A stretch of 63,502 nucleotides of DNA, filler included, from Neoconidiobolus thromboides FSU 785 (Eukaryota > Fungi > Entomophthoromycota): the NCBI GenBank assembly GCA_025603075.1. It is 4 parts of 4 records of this genome, joined end to end, with 100 filler letters (N's around TTAATTAATTAA, not from the genome) between each part and the next. Parts side by side here need not be neighbours in the genome. Positions count along the whole stretch, not along the records: positions 1 to 30,011 come from MU626488.1; positions 30,112 to 60,203 come from MU626487.1; 2 more parts are not named here. One strand, given 5' to 3'. The position numbers and the translations under genes were made by a program. How positions within the stretch are numbered: position 1 is the first letter of the stretch; every line of letters begins with the position of its first letter. Shown here in pieces: positions 23,747-34,354 of the stretch. Below the pieces are notes generated by a model. That model saw only the letters and a program-made list of their open reading frames with translations, was not told the DNA's origin and did no database searches.

Positions 23747-24723
23747 TTATGATCGCAGCTACTGGCTAAATAACTACAAGAGACTGAGTTTACGAGTTAT
23801 AATAAAACTGTGGCTATCAATCTGTTATTCACTTGGGATGTTTTAATGTAAGATGTCCTTTTTAATGACTAATGGATCTGTTACATTTTATATTATACAT
23901 AAAACTCTATATCTTATTGAAGCAAAAGTTTTTATAAAATGTTACAAAAAATAAGGTACTATGATTAGCAGTTACAGTAAAAAGCAACCTTGGTTTTCAA
24001 TAATCACCTTTGGCTATTATTTTATTTCAATTGGATTAGTAATAGAAACCCTGTAGCCTTTAAATTATAGAGAGTTCTGCAATAAAAGACAGCTTATGTC
24101 TTGTTTCAAAAAAATATCGTATTAGGAATTTAAATAGTGTTGAATATCCTATATAACCTTAGGTTGGGGACTTCAGTTAATTTGAGTAAAGGCATTTTTT
24201 AATTAAAAAATGTATTTTTAAACTTAGGAAAAAACTAGTTAAGTCAATGGTTTTTATGCAAGCATAGTCTCAGTCATTATTATTGCTACAATAAAAATTC
24301 TATTTGATTAAATACCTTTTAATGATAATTTTTCAAAATTGACAAATGTATTTGCTTAATTTAAAGCTAAACTGCGATATCAACTTAAATTTTCTCTATA
24401 CTAACCTAATAAACATAGTTATAAATATGCTTTTAGCTAAAAAATGCCTATTCGTATCTCTTTGATGAATAAATAGATATTTATATATACTTAAATACCT
24501 ATTGGCTATACTATAGTCATCATATTTAACTAATGGCTATAAAACGTATTTACATTATAGCCCTTAATACTTTCAATTTACAATAAAGTACAAAACATTA
24601 ATATATTAAACTATATGAATCGCCATAAAAAAGCATGCTGCAATTTAATGAGATTAATACAAAATAAGATAAACAGTCAGGCGTTTCATAGCAATAACAA
24701 AAACATAACTAATATAATTAACA

Positions 24724-25152
24724 ATGAGATTTTTGAGCTATCTTTTGGTCTCTTACTTCTTCATTTTTGTTGTTGCCAGTTTAAAGCTGTACTCTCCTCA
24801 CCTCCATACTCACAAATTTGGTAAAAAAGCACAAATAGGTGCTGATTTGGTATTATCAGGTACAGCCTGTATCACCATCGCGGCTACCTAGAGTGCTTTA
24901 GCAACTGATACGCAAGCTCTTGCTATCTGTGCTAAATCAGGTGCCTCTGTATGTAATTTGTTCCGAGCTTTAGATAAAAAGACAAAGGCGCTTGAAGAAA
25001 ATAAACAAAACGAAGAGGTGACGGACTTTACACTTAGTAGAATAGAAGCATTCAAAACTGATTTAAAGGCGGTGTTGTGTGTAGTAGCGGAAAAGAATGG
25101 CGAAATCTAGAAATTAAAAAAGGAACCTGAAGCTCTTAAAACTCCCTCTTAA
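24724..25152 (+). pseudogene. Stop-inactivated gene for a small secreted protein (143 codons, two in-frame TAG stops)
   Basis: ATG 24724 gives MRFLSYLLVSYFFIFVVAS (signal-peptide-like). The frame continues to TAA 25150-25152 with only TAG at 24889-24891 and 25108-25110. The segment is more GC-rich than its flanks. Confidence 0.6.
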
Positions 25153-26376
25153 ATTTACAATACAATAAAATAACAAAATAATAACTTTATGTTTTATAAG
25201 TGACGTTTTATATGGCGATACTGTTTTTTTAAATCAAGACCTTGCGAGTTCTGTGTAATTTATTTTATATAAACTGTAGGAAAAGATTAAGGTGGGACAG
25301 AAGGGTGTAAATGAAATTTACTTAAATTTAGAAAGGACTGACGATGTGACTGATGGTAAAAATGGGCGAAAGATACTAATTTATTAAACTAAAAAAACCA
25401 AAGCACTTTACTTCAATAAATTAATACATTTAGTTAAATGCTTTTCAGATTGATTGTAACATACTTTATGCTCTACATGAAAATCTTCTTAGGGTTTGTT
25501 TTGTAATCTGTCAATTTAATATTGGCATATCAATCCGCTCTTTTTCTTTTCCAATCATGAACCCTCATGACACAACCGTTCGTATTTCCACATTCGACCA
25601 TCTCTATAGTTAAGTTCTCCTATTGATTTTATATTATACACTCATTGTTAGTACTATTCGCCCTAAGCGATAACATGTACGGGTCTTTAGAATTCTTAGA
25701 TATTAAAGTATGTTTTTCATACTATCTTCCTAGAGAACTAAATTAGAATATTAAATAATACATAACAAGGGCTTCATTTTCTTCAACTTTATTTCTGCTT
25801 CTGCTGTGTGAGAGCAATCGTGGAGAATAGAGGCAAAATTAATCACATTTTGACTTTCTAACCCTCTTGAAAGTATGCGATTGCTAGACTCAGTCTTATC
25901 TTATAAGGTGCTTTTAATGGTTTTGTTCATTGAATTCGTTGAATTGAGTTTTTGAGCTTTTCTTTTAGCTAGAAAAACACCTTGTGCTTCAACTTTTCAA
26001 AGGAAAAATAACAATGTAATAAATGCTTTTAAAATTCCTTAAAAAATCTATTTTTAACATTGAAAATATAGTCAAGTTCACATTTAGTGGTGTATTACCT
26101 TGCCTTAAATTTAAATACCCCCCCACATTTATCTTTCAATCAAATATGGTTACAATCACTATAATTAACTGTATTTTTGAAAAGTAGCTTATTTGACCTC
26201 TTATACATTTTCTCTTGTTTTTTATAAAACATAAAGACTATAATTGATGAATCAGTATTTTAATGTCTAAATTTCTTAGTTGTTAACACTCCCTTCCTTA
26301 ATCCTAATACCATATCCTTTAATTTATGGTGTATAACCTTCTAGTTCGCTTAAGCCTGCAATTTTCAAAAAATACT

Positions 26377-26482
26377 ATATGGGGCTGTTTTTTTAGCTTC
26401 ATTACTTTTTCTATCTTTTAAGCACTATTTGAATGGAAAATTTGTTAGTAAAATTCTTAAACATAAAAATACATCCCCATAT
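26377..26482 (-). mobile_element. AWWT-MITE copy
   Basis: atat-ggggctgttttt...aaaatacatcccc-atat. Confidence 0.9.
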
Positions 26483-27041
26483 TATAGTATAATTTGGTAT
26501 AGTTTATCAATCTTTTTAGTAATGTCTATTACCATTGTTTTGTGAACTTTATTCTAAAATTAATTCTTTGAAGAAAACAACGTTAAGTTTCACAGTATAG
26601 AATTCACCAATAGTACAGTAACTTTTATTATAGTTTGAAATGGTTCGCAAAGGTCTAATAAAAGCCATACCAAATCATTCCGGCTACACCTTTTGATTGT
26701 CTGTACTATTCTGTATAATAAAATACTTAACGCCTATTAGTTATTAAAAATTACCATTGTATACTCTAGCTCTTAATTTCATCCATCTTTAGATTTAGTG
26801 CTATCAGATTTATTTTATTCATTCCCTGTTCGGATCTCCCAGAAAATTTTTGTGTCCAGCACCTTACCCTATCACTGCACTTACAGAGATTCATGTATAT
26901 TTAAAAATGTTCCATTAATAACTAATTTTCCTAGTGATGGTCGCAATTTTGGATATTATATTTACAAAGTTTAGACAAATTTAAATGATAAGGTAAAGGC
27001 ATATCAAAATAAAAATAGTTCTATAGCTACAGAAAAATATA

Positions 27042-27148
27042 GAATGGGGATATATTTTTTTGTTCAAGAATTTTACTAACAAAATTTCCATTCAAATAGT
27101 ACTTAAAAGATGGAAAAAGTAATGAAGCCAAAAAAAACATCCCCATTT
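27042..27148 (+). mobile_element. AWWT-MITE copy
   Basis: gaat-ggggatatattttt...aaaaacatcccc-attt; the two flanks do not match here. Confidence 0.88.
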
Positions 27149-27820
27149 ATTAGAAATTTTTAATTCAAATATTTTTATACATATAGTAATGTATGAATTG
27201 ATTTCAGAATTTAATTAAAAATTAATCCAAACTTTCTTTTAAATTTGCAAGTCCTTACTGTATAATTAATTAAATTTAAAAAGCTTAAAGTTAAATTTTT
27301 TATTTAACTCAAAACTTATTTTGTTTTACTTTTATTAATATTTAATAGGTACATAATATACAAATATATAGTTATTTAGTTTTATTTTTTATCAAAACAA
27401 AAACAAAATATAAGATTTTACAGTTAAACTTTTGAATGTAATTTTCAAAAATTTTAATAAAATAAAGAGAAACACACTATGAAATATCACTTTGTCGGCT
27501 TTATGATTGATTATAACGTAATAAAACCACTTAAGTTGATGTGTTCTCAAGTTTAGTCATAACCAACCCTAAGCTTTTATTTTGATTTGCTATGAGAATC
27601 CATATCATATGACTCTGAAGGACATTATATCCCGGTTTTGATATCCATACTTGGAGTATAAAAGAGATTTTAGAGCATAATAACTCGAGGCTTTTTAACT
27701 GAATTATTCCTTAATATCTCATACATTTAATAAAGCCATTAAGTTTTCTTAATACTATTTTATGTAGATTTTATAGCAACATTGTCTATTCTATTTGTCT
27801 TACACAGTCTGTGTTCTACA

Positions 27821-27924
27821 ATATGAAGATGTATTTTTGTGTTTAGGAATTTTACTAACAGTTTTTTCATTCAAATAGCGCTTAAAAATGGAAAAATAAT
27901 GAAACTAAAAAAACAGCTCCATAT
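27821..27924 (+). mobile_element. AWWT-MITE copy nested in the LTR-like element
   Basis: atat-gaagatgtattttt...aaaacagctcc-atat. Confidence 0.88.
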
Positions 27925-27945
27925 GCTATTGTTCATAATTCAAGT

Positions 27946-28049
27946 ATATGGGAGTGTTTTTTCTAGTTCCATTATTTTCCATTTTTAAGCACTATTTAAG
28001 CGGAAAAATTGTTAGTAAAATTCTCAAACACAAAAATATATCCCCATAT
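27946..28049 (-). mobile_element. AWWT-MITE copy nested in the LTR-like element, inverted relative to its neighbour
   Basis: atat-gggagtgttttt...aaaatatatcccc-atat. Confidence 0.88.
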
Positions 28050-28690
28050 CTTAGTTACACAAACTAAGACCTTTTGACTCTAACCACTGAGTACCAGATT
28101 TTATATTAGTTGTAAAATTCATATTATTTAATTTAAATATTAAATATAAAATTAGTAAATTTTATATATTATTGTTTGACTAATTTAACAATAGTCAACT
28201 AAATCTAATAGTTGTCAAAAATAGAAAATTAGTTATATATATTAATAATTATATATATACTATAAGTTGATTATAGTATCTTTATTTAAAAACAACTTAA
28301 AATTAAAAAACACGCCATAAAAGTTAATATCTGATAGTTGGAATTAAGAGCAGTTTTTATTTAATTAACTAATTATAAATCAAAAAGTATTAATTTGTAT
28401 AATCAAAATAATATCTTTTGTAATTAAGTAGTATAAATTTTCATAGGAAATTTAAATAAAAACTCTGAGTCAACCATATCTGAATTTAAGAACATAACTT
28501 TTAATAGTAAAATCACCTAAAGCTAATTAAATTTATTGTATAATTACAATTAAATCAATATAAAACTCCAATTGGTTTCTTAAATAAGTTAGATGATTAC
28601 TATATTATAATCAATTATAAAGATGGTAAAATAATATCTTTTAATACTAAAAAAGTTATATTATTTATATGATAAAATAACAAAAGTATT

Positions 28691-28792
28691 ATATGGGGAT
28701 TTTTTTTGGTTTCATTACTTTTCCATTTTTTAAGTGCTACTTGAGTGGAAAGATTGTTAATAAAATTAGACAAAAAAAATAGTTCCTCATAT
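28691..28792 (-). mobile_element. AWWT-MITE copy
   Basis: atat-ggggattttt...agttcctc-atat. Confidence 0.85.
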
Positions 28793-28967
28793 ATTAAAAA
28801 TTTTTTCTGAAAGTATTTTTATTAATATCGTTTAATGTTATGAATAATTGGACAATTTAAGATTAGGAATGAATAACTTGGGGCTTAAAATTAGATGTAT
28901 GAAATTTCTATATAATAATACTAAGCCTTATATTTTATTAATTTTTTGTAATAAGAAATATACTGCC

Positions 28968-29073
28968 ATATGGTGATTTTTTTTTAGTTTAATTACTTTT
29001 TCTATCTTTTGAGCACTATTTGAGTGGAAAGATTGTTAGTAAAATCCTTAAACACAAAAATACATCCCCATAT
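28968..29073 (-). mobile_element. AWWT-MITE copy
   Basis: atat-ggtgattttt...aaaatacatcccc-atat. Confidence 0.9.
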
Positions 29074-29242
29074 ATATTTTTAATTGGAAGCTACGATTTA
29101 TAATTAAGATTGCAATATTTAGTATGTATTTTTTAAAAAAATATAATTATGTTTTTAAAAAGAATACTCATTAAATCACTTTTAAATTACTTTATAAAAA
29201 ACAGTGGATGGTTTAAATGATTATGTATATTGGTTACTTTAT

Positions 29243-29348
29243 ATATGGGGGTGTTTTTTTGTGTTTAAGAATTTTACTAACAATCTTTCCACTCAAATAG
29301 TGCTTAAAAAATGGAAAAAATAATGAAATCAAAAAAACACTCCCATAT
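29243..29348 (+). mobile_element. AWWT-MITE copy abutting the solo LTR
   Basis: atat-gggggtgttttt...aaaacactccc-atat. Confidence 0.9.
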
Positions 29349-29353
29349 GATAT

Positions 29354-29817
29354 TGTGAAATCTGGTACTCAGGGTTTGGACTCAAGAACAGCTATTGCTG
29401 GGTTGACTATACTATAAGCCGAAAGGTCTTAGTTTATGTGACTAAGATAGACTTGGATTATGAAGAATAGCACGTAATAGGTTACAAGCTATATAAGACA
29501 GATATAATAGACAATAATAATGTAAAATCTACGTAAGATACTATTAATAAAACTTAGTGGTTTTATTAAATGTTCGAGATATCAAGGAATAATTCAGTTA
29601 AAAAGCCTCGAACTACTATACTCTGTAAACTCTTCTATACTCTGAAAAGTATAAATATCAAAATGAGAAGACAATATTCTTTTGGATGGAGCTAGAAATT
29701 CTCATAGCAAATCAAACTAAGAACGTGGGATTGATTTTCTCTGAACTCGAGAACACAACAGCTTAGGCGATTGCTATGCTATAATTAACCATGGGACTGA
29801 CAAAGCGATATTTCACA
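29354..29817 (+). mobile_element. Solo-LTR-like element, 464 bp, intact
   Basis: Ends TGTGAAAT...ATTTCACA (TG...CA, 8-bp inverted). ATAT direct repeat at 29350-29353 and 29818-29821. Internal TATATAAG and AATAAA. Confidence 0.75.
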
Positions 29818-29887
29818 ATATGCAGCATAAATAATAGAAATAGATAATAGATAGCTCAAACAAGATTAATAAGGATAAAGTGAAAGC

Positions 29888-29993
29888 ATATGGGGATGTA
29901 TTTTTGTGTTTAAGAATTTTATTAATAGCTTTTCCACTCAAATAGTGCTTAAAAAATGGAAAAAGTAATGAAGTCAAAAAAAGCATTACCAAT
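29888..29993 (+). mobile_element. AWWT-MITE copy
   Basis: atat-ggggatgtattttt...; right end degenerate (aaagcattacc). Confidence 0.85.
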
Positions 29994-30011
29994 GGTTGTT
30001 TCCAAATCATA

Positions 30012-30111
30012 NNNNNNNNNNNNNNNNNNNNNNNNNNNNNNNNNNNNNNNNNNNNTTAATTAATTAANNNNNNNNNNNNNNNNNNNNNNNNNNNNNNNNN
30101 NNNNNNNNNNN
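30012..30111. other. Assembly gap linker
   Basis: 44 N + TTAATTAATTAA (stops in all six frames) + 44 N. Confidence 0.97.
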
Positions 30112-30508
30112 GAAAGGTCTTAGTTTATGTGACTAAGATAGACTTGGATTATGAGGAATAGCACGTAATAGGTTACAAGCTATATAAGACAAACGTAATA
30201 GACAATACTAATGTAAAATCTACGTAAAATATTATTAAGAAAACTTAGTGGCTTTATTAAATGTTCGAGATATCAGGGAATAATTCAGTTAAAAAGCCTC
30301 AAACTACTATACTCTAGAAACTCTTTTATACTCCGATAAGTATAAATATCAAAACGAGGGGAGAATATTCTTTGAGACGAAGATAGAAATTCTCATATCA
30401 AATCAAACTAAGAACGTGGGATTGATTTTCTCTGAACTTGAGAACACAACAGCTTAGGTGATTGTTATGCTATAATTAACCATGGGACTGACAAAGCGAT
30501 ATTTCACA
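30112..30508 (+). mobile_element. Second copy of the LTR-like element, 5' end hidden in the gap
   Basis: Colinear and highly similar to 29421-29817 with scattered substitutions; ends ATTTCACA. Confidence 0.75.
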
Positions 30509-31310
30509 ACCAGATTTAATGGATTTAGATCATTATAATAAACAAGTTATATTAATATTATATTTTGGTGTTTTATATTTAAAAATGATAAAACAATAGG
30601 TAAAGTTTACTTTATTTATTTGAAATATTAAATTATGGTTCAGTATATACAGGAGATTGTTTAATCGATTTAATCTGTACAGAGCTTTTATTTAAAAAGT
30701 TTACAAAAATTAATATATAGAGAGATACAAGGAATCACTTTAGATCTCAAGAGTTCCTACATTATATGGGGATGTTTTTTTTGGGTTGATTATTTTTTCC
30801 ATCTTTTAAGCGCTATTCGAATAAAAAAATTGTTAGTAAAATTCTTAAATACAAAAACACATCCCCATATGTTTAAACAAATTCATAAAATAAATAGTAG
30901 TTCAAATATTTATCTTAATTTTTTGTTGAGCATCATGGAAAAAGTATAGTTGATAGACATTTTAGAAACCTTTCAAAATGGAAGAGTAGCCTTGAAACAT
31001 TAGATAAAATAGAAGATATTAATTGATTAATTTCAAGATTTGAGATTTTTATTTTCGAACATAATAAAATTAATAACTCAACTGTTAATAATGGGAAAAC
31101 AGATATAATTTTCAAAAAGTATGAAAGAAATAAAAATATAAAATAATATAAATACAATGTATCAAAAATTATTTACATTTCATTAAACGCGACAATAAAT
31201 TACATTGTTATCCAGCATCTGATAAATAAAAAAAAGAAATATAATTCCAATTAAAATTATAGAGTCTATAAAAAATAGAAAAATTAAAAGATCAATCCCA
31301 GCTTATTTTA
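30509..31310 (+). pseudogene. Decayed DDD-type DNA transposase (Sola-like), interrupted by a MITE
   Basis: Removing the MITE and one TSD copy at 30764-30870 and restoring one T in the run 30919-30924 gives INI*RDTRNHFRSQEFLHYMFKQIHKINSSSNIYLNFFVEHHGKSIVDRHFRNLSKW. This resembles the WSDxGxHF and HGKSxxDxHF catalytic blocks. Ends are approximate. Confidence 0.6.
30764..30870 (-). mobile_element. AWWT-MITE copy inserted in the transposase relic
   Basis: atat-ggggatgttttt...aaaacacatcccc-atat. Confidence 0.9.
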
Positions 31311-31684
31311 CAAAAATAACAGAGAATTTAAAATTTTCAATATTTACTAAGCAAGTGAGTAGTTTATTGAATCATAGAAATTAATTATTAAATGTTGATA
31401 TTACTTAAATCATTAATAGCTAAGTTAATAAATAGCCAAAGGACAAGTAATTGCAATAATAAATAAAAACTACTGTTGTATTGCTTGTATTATATAAGGA
31501 TAGCTAATTATAGTTTTAAGGCTAACCACTCCCTCCCATGCAGCTATTTATTAACTTAATAACATATCATTAACATAATTATAATATCAGAACTATTTAT
31601 TTGATAATAAATTTGCAATGTTGGTTATAGAGCAATCAATAATAAGTATTTCCCAATGAGGTTTTATAGGAATATGTATTTATT

Positions 31685-31791
31685 ATATGGGGATGTATTT
31701 TTGTATTTAAGAATTTTACTAATAATTTTTCCACTCAAATAGTGCTCAAAAGATAGAAAAAGTGATGAAGCCAAAAAAAACATCACCATAT
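31685..31791 (+). mobile_element. AWWT-MITE copy
   Basis: atat-ggggatgtattttt...aaaaacatcacc-atat. Confidence 0.9.
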
Positions 31792-31996
31792 ACTATAACT
31801 TTGGTTAATATTAATATATATGTTATATTAGTAAAAGCCTTGCTAATCTAGTAACTTTTGTTAGATATAGTAGAGATTCAGCTAACTTACAATATGAATT
31901 ATAATAAAATAATTTAAACTTGTGTTGGGTACTTTTGCTTTTTAATAAAAAAGCTTGCTTTTGTAGAATTTTAAGTAAGTTTTTAAAATACAAAAT

Positions 31997-32044
31997 ATTT
32001 AAAAATTGGATAAAAAAATGAAACTAATTAAGACATCCCCATTT
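31997..32044 (+). mobile_element. AWWT-MITE right-end fragment
   Basis: aaaaaatgaaact...acatcccc-attt. Confidence 0.45.
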
Positions 32045-33170
32045 CTTCTGGTCCAACACTTAGCAGTGATCTGACATTACATAAATTAGAATTATATGAT
32101 AAAATAGAAAAATATGACACCCAGTTGAATCTATGATTCGAATAATTGTTTTAAATAAATCAATTTTTTATTATAAGGTATGCTATAGATACTCAAATAT
32201 GTAAATAGGAAGCTAATCTAAATAAAATCAAACTGCAGCCATTTGTTTTTAAAATTTGAGTTAGACTATTAACTTATTAAATAAATGTTATTTCACCGTT
32301 TATAACAATCATTCATCGAAGCTCTTGAGATATATTCAAATTTCAAATAAAGATTATGCTATCGAAAAAATGTCATTTTGAAGCAAACTTTTAAATAAAT
32401 TTTAGATATTTGGTATTCAAACTTGGGAATAGACAACTACTTTACCTCCATCAATGAAAGTGGTAATAGTATTAGTATTGATAGCTTGGGAAAATCTAAT
32501 AGGAAAGATAATAATAATAATGGCTTTACATCAATAGGAGGCCTTATATAAGGAGAAGGAGTGGTTATGTCGAAAGGGACGGTTATTTTATTTACACTCA
32601 ATAAACGCAGATCGAAAAAGGAAAGGCCACCAAGTCTCATTGCCGACCCCATTACAATAGAGTCAATTATTCTATTAGATATTAATAGTAATTATCGTAA
32701 TCCTGATGTATACAATTACACTCAAGAGGTTGACAATTTTAATACTATGCTATCACTGAAAATATTAACTGAAAGTACGACTATCAATGGTGTTAACATT
32801 ATTAATATTAATTCAGCATCAAGTTAAGATACTTAACAAAATAAAATTACATTTACCATAATTTTTATATAAAAAATTATTTTTAAGTCAATGTAAATGA
32901 CTATTAAAAGTCATTACAAATTAAATATATTTTTAAGCTGAATCAATCATCAAATTTATCATAAAATATTTTATTTGAAAAACCTTCAACTATGTATTCC
33001 AAGTAATTAAAAAGCACAATATTTTAACCTATATAATGGTATTGACGTTAATATTTAGGCTAATACCACATTTATTTATTCAAAGCTTTTATAATAAACA
33101 TGGAAAACAGGAAAATTATAACATTTAAAAATGTATACATTAAATAATAAAACGAATACAAATCTTAATA

Positions 33171-33274
33171 ATATCTGGATGTGCTTTTGTTTAAGAATTT
33201 TATTAACAACCTTTCTGCTCAAATAGCACTTAAAAGGTGGAAAGAGTGATCAAATAAAAAAAACACCCTCATAT
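33171..33274 (+). mobile_element. AWWT-MITE copy
   Basis: atat-ctggatgtgctttt...aaaacaccctc-atat. Confidence 0.82.
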
Positions 33275-34354
33275 ATATAAAGAAAATACTTTAAAACCTT
33301 AATTTTTTTAACTTCTTTTTGATAACTTAATGTTTTACTACATTTTCAATAAAGAAAATGTTGAAAATTATATTACTAGATAAATAAAAAACGTTATTTT
33401 TCTAATTTGATGTTATATTTTTATCAAAATAACAATTACTTGTATGTCCATATAATCTAAAATATTCTGTAAAGTTAAACAAAATTGTTCCAAAACCGTA
33501 AAATAAAACTTAGAATTTTTGCACAAATTCTATGTTCTAAAATAGTTTCCACCATACAATATTTTTGCCCTACCATACTTATTTCTAGAAGCGGAATTTG
33601 AACAAACTCAAATCTTTTTTGACAATTAGCCAAAGCAAATATAAACAAAGTCCAAAATGTTACATTATAAACTAAAATAATTATATTTAAGACCATAGTA
33701 AGTTCTACTAGAAATGTTTAGGCTTTGTTTATTTTCATTTTGGGTTATTATTGTCATTATTTTTACTTTGTTTAAGTTTTTACCTGGAAATAAGAGCGAT
33801 AAGAGCTAAATATAATATACTGAGCTTTGACTTTGATATAAGATTACTACTGTTTGATTCGATTACTTTAAAACCAACAGATACCTAAAAGCCAATAGAT
33901 CACTTAAACTCAAAGTTTGCTCTTTAATAAAAGTTGAGAATTTTAATATACATCTTTTTTATTAAATTATAAAATTATAAAATATAGACACAAAATATTG
34001 ACACAGAATCTCGCCAGACAAAAATAGTTACTATTGTTCATGTTCTTAATGCTTTTGATTTACCAAATATAGATTCGAATTTGATTTTCTCAACTTTTAT
34101 TTGAAACGATATGGATTTAATTTTGGAGTGTTAAAAAAAAACGCCAGTGGTTATCAATTGAATGGATTAGATTGAATGAATTAGATTTATGGACTTTTCG
34201 AAAAAAGCAATTGCAAGTGTGTTATGATTTTACTGGCATTAGGTTACCACTTTTAATGCGGAATTAGGTTAAAGCAATAATTAGTCATTACAAATTACGC
34301 TGTTAATAAAAACAAGATACCAAGTTTGTAATTTTTAATTCTAAATAGTCAAGG

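Larger units (their letters stand above)
27478..28105 (-). mobile_element. Older inverted copy of the LTR-like element, interrupted by two MITEs
   Basis: The reverse complement aligns with 29354-29817 (aaatctggtactcag, aaggtcttagttt, ggaataattcagttaaaaagcctcg, gacaaagtgatatttca). More diverged, with internal deletions. Confidence 0.75.

Noticed and set aside
24889-25110. TAG read-through or an alternative genetic code in the secreted-protein frame
   Set aside because: TAG acts as a normal terminator in LIA1 and LDAH, and conserved genes here have no internal TAG; pseudogenisation is simpler.
30056-30067. TTAATTAATTAA palindrome repeated three times in the window inside N runs
   Set aside because: Identical 44N-12-44N layout each time; it is an artificial contig linker with stops in all frames. 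It also creates the fake end of ORF 62005..62223.
32437-32827. Overlapping ORFs 32437..32652 (-) and 32561..32827 (+)
   Set aside because: Coding-like but broken by stops and frame changes, with no recognisable motif; at most an unassignable relic.
33475-33696. 73-aa ORF with a hydrophobic N-terminus
   Set aside because: Hydrophobic I/L/F runs arise readily from AT-rich DNA; no other support.
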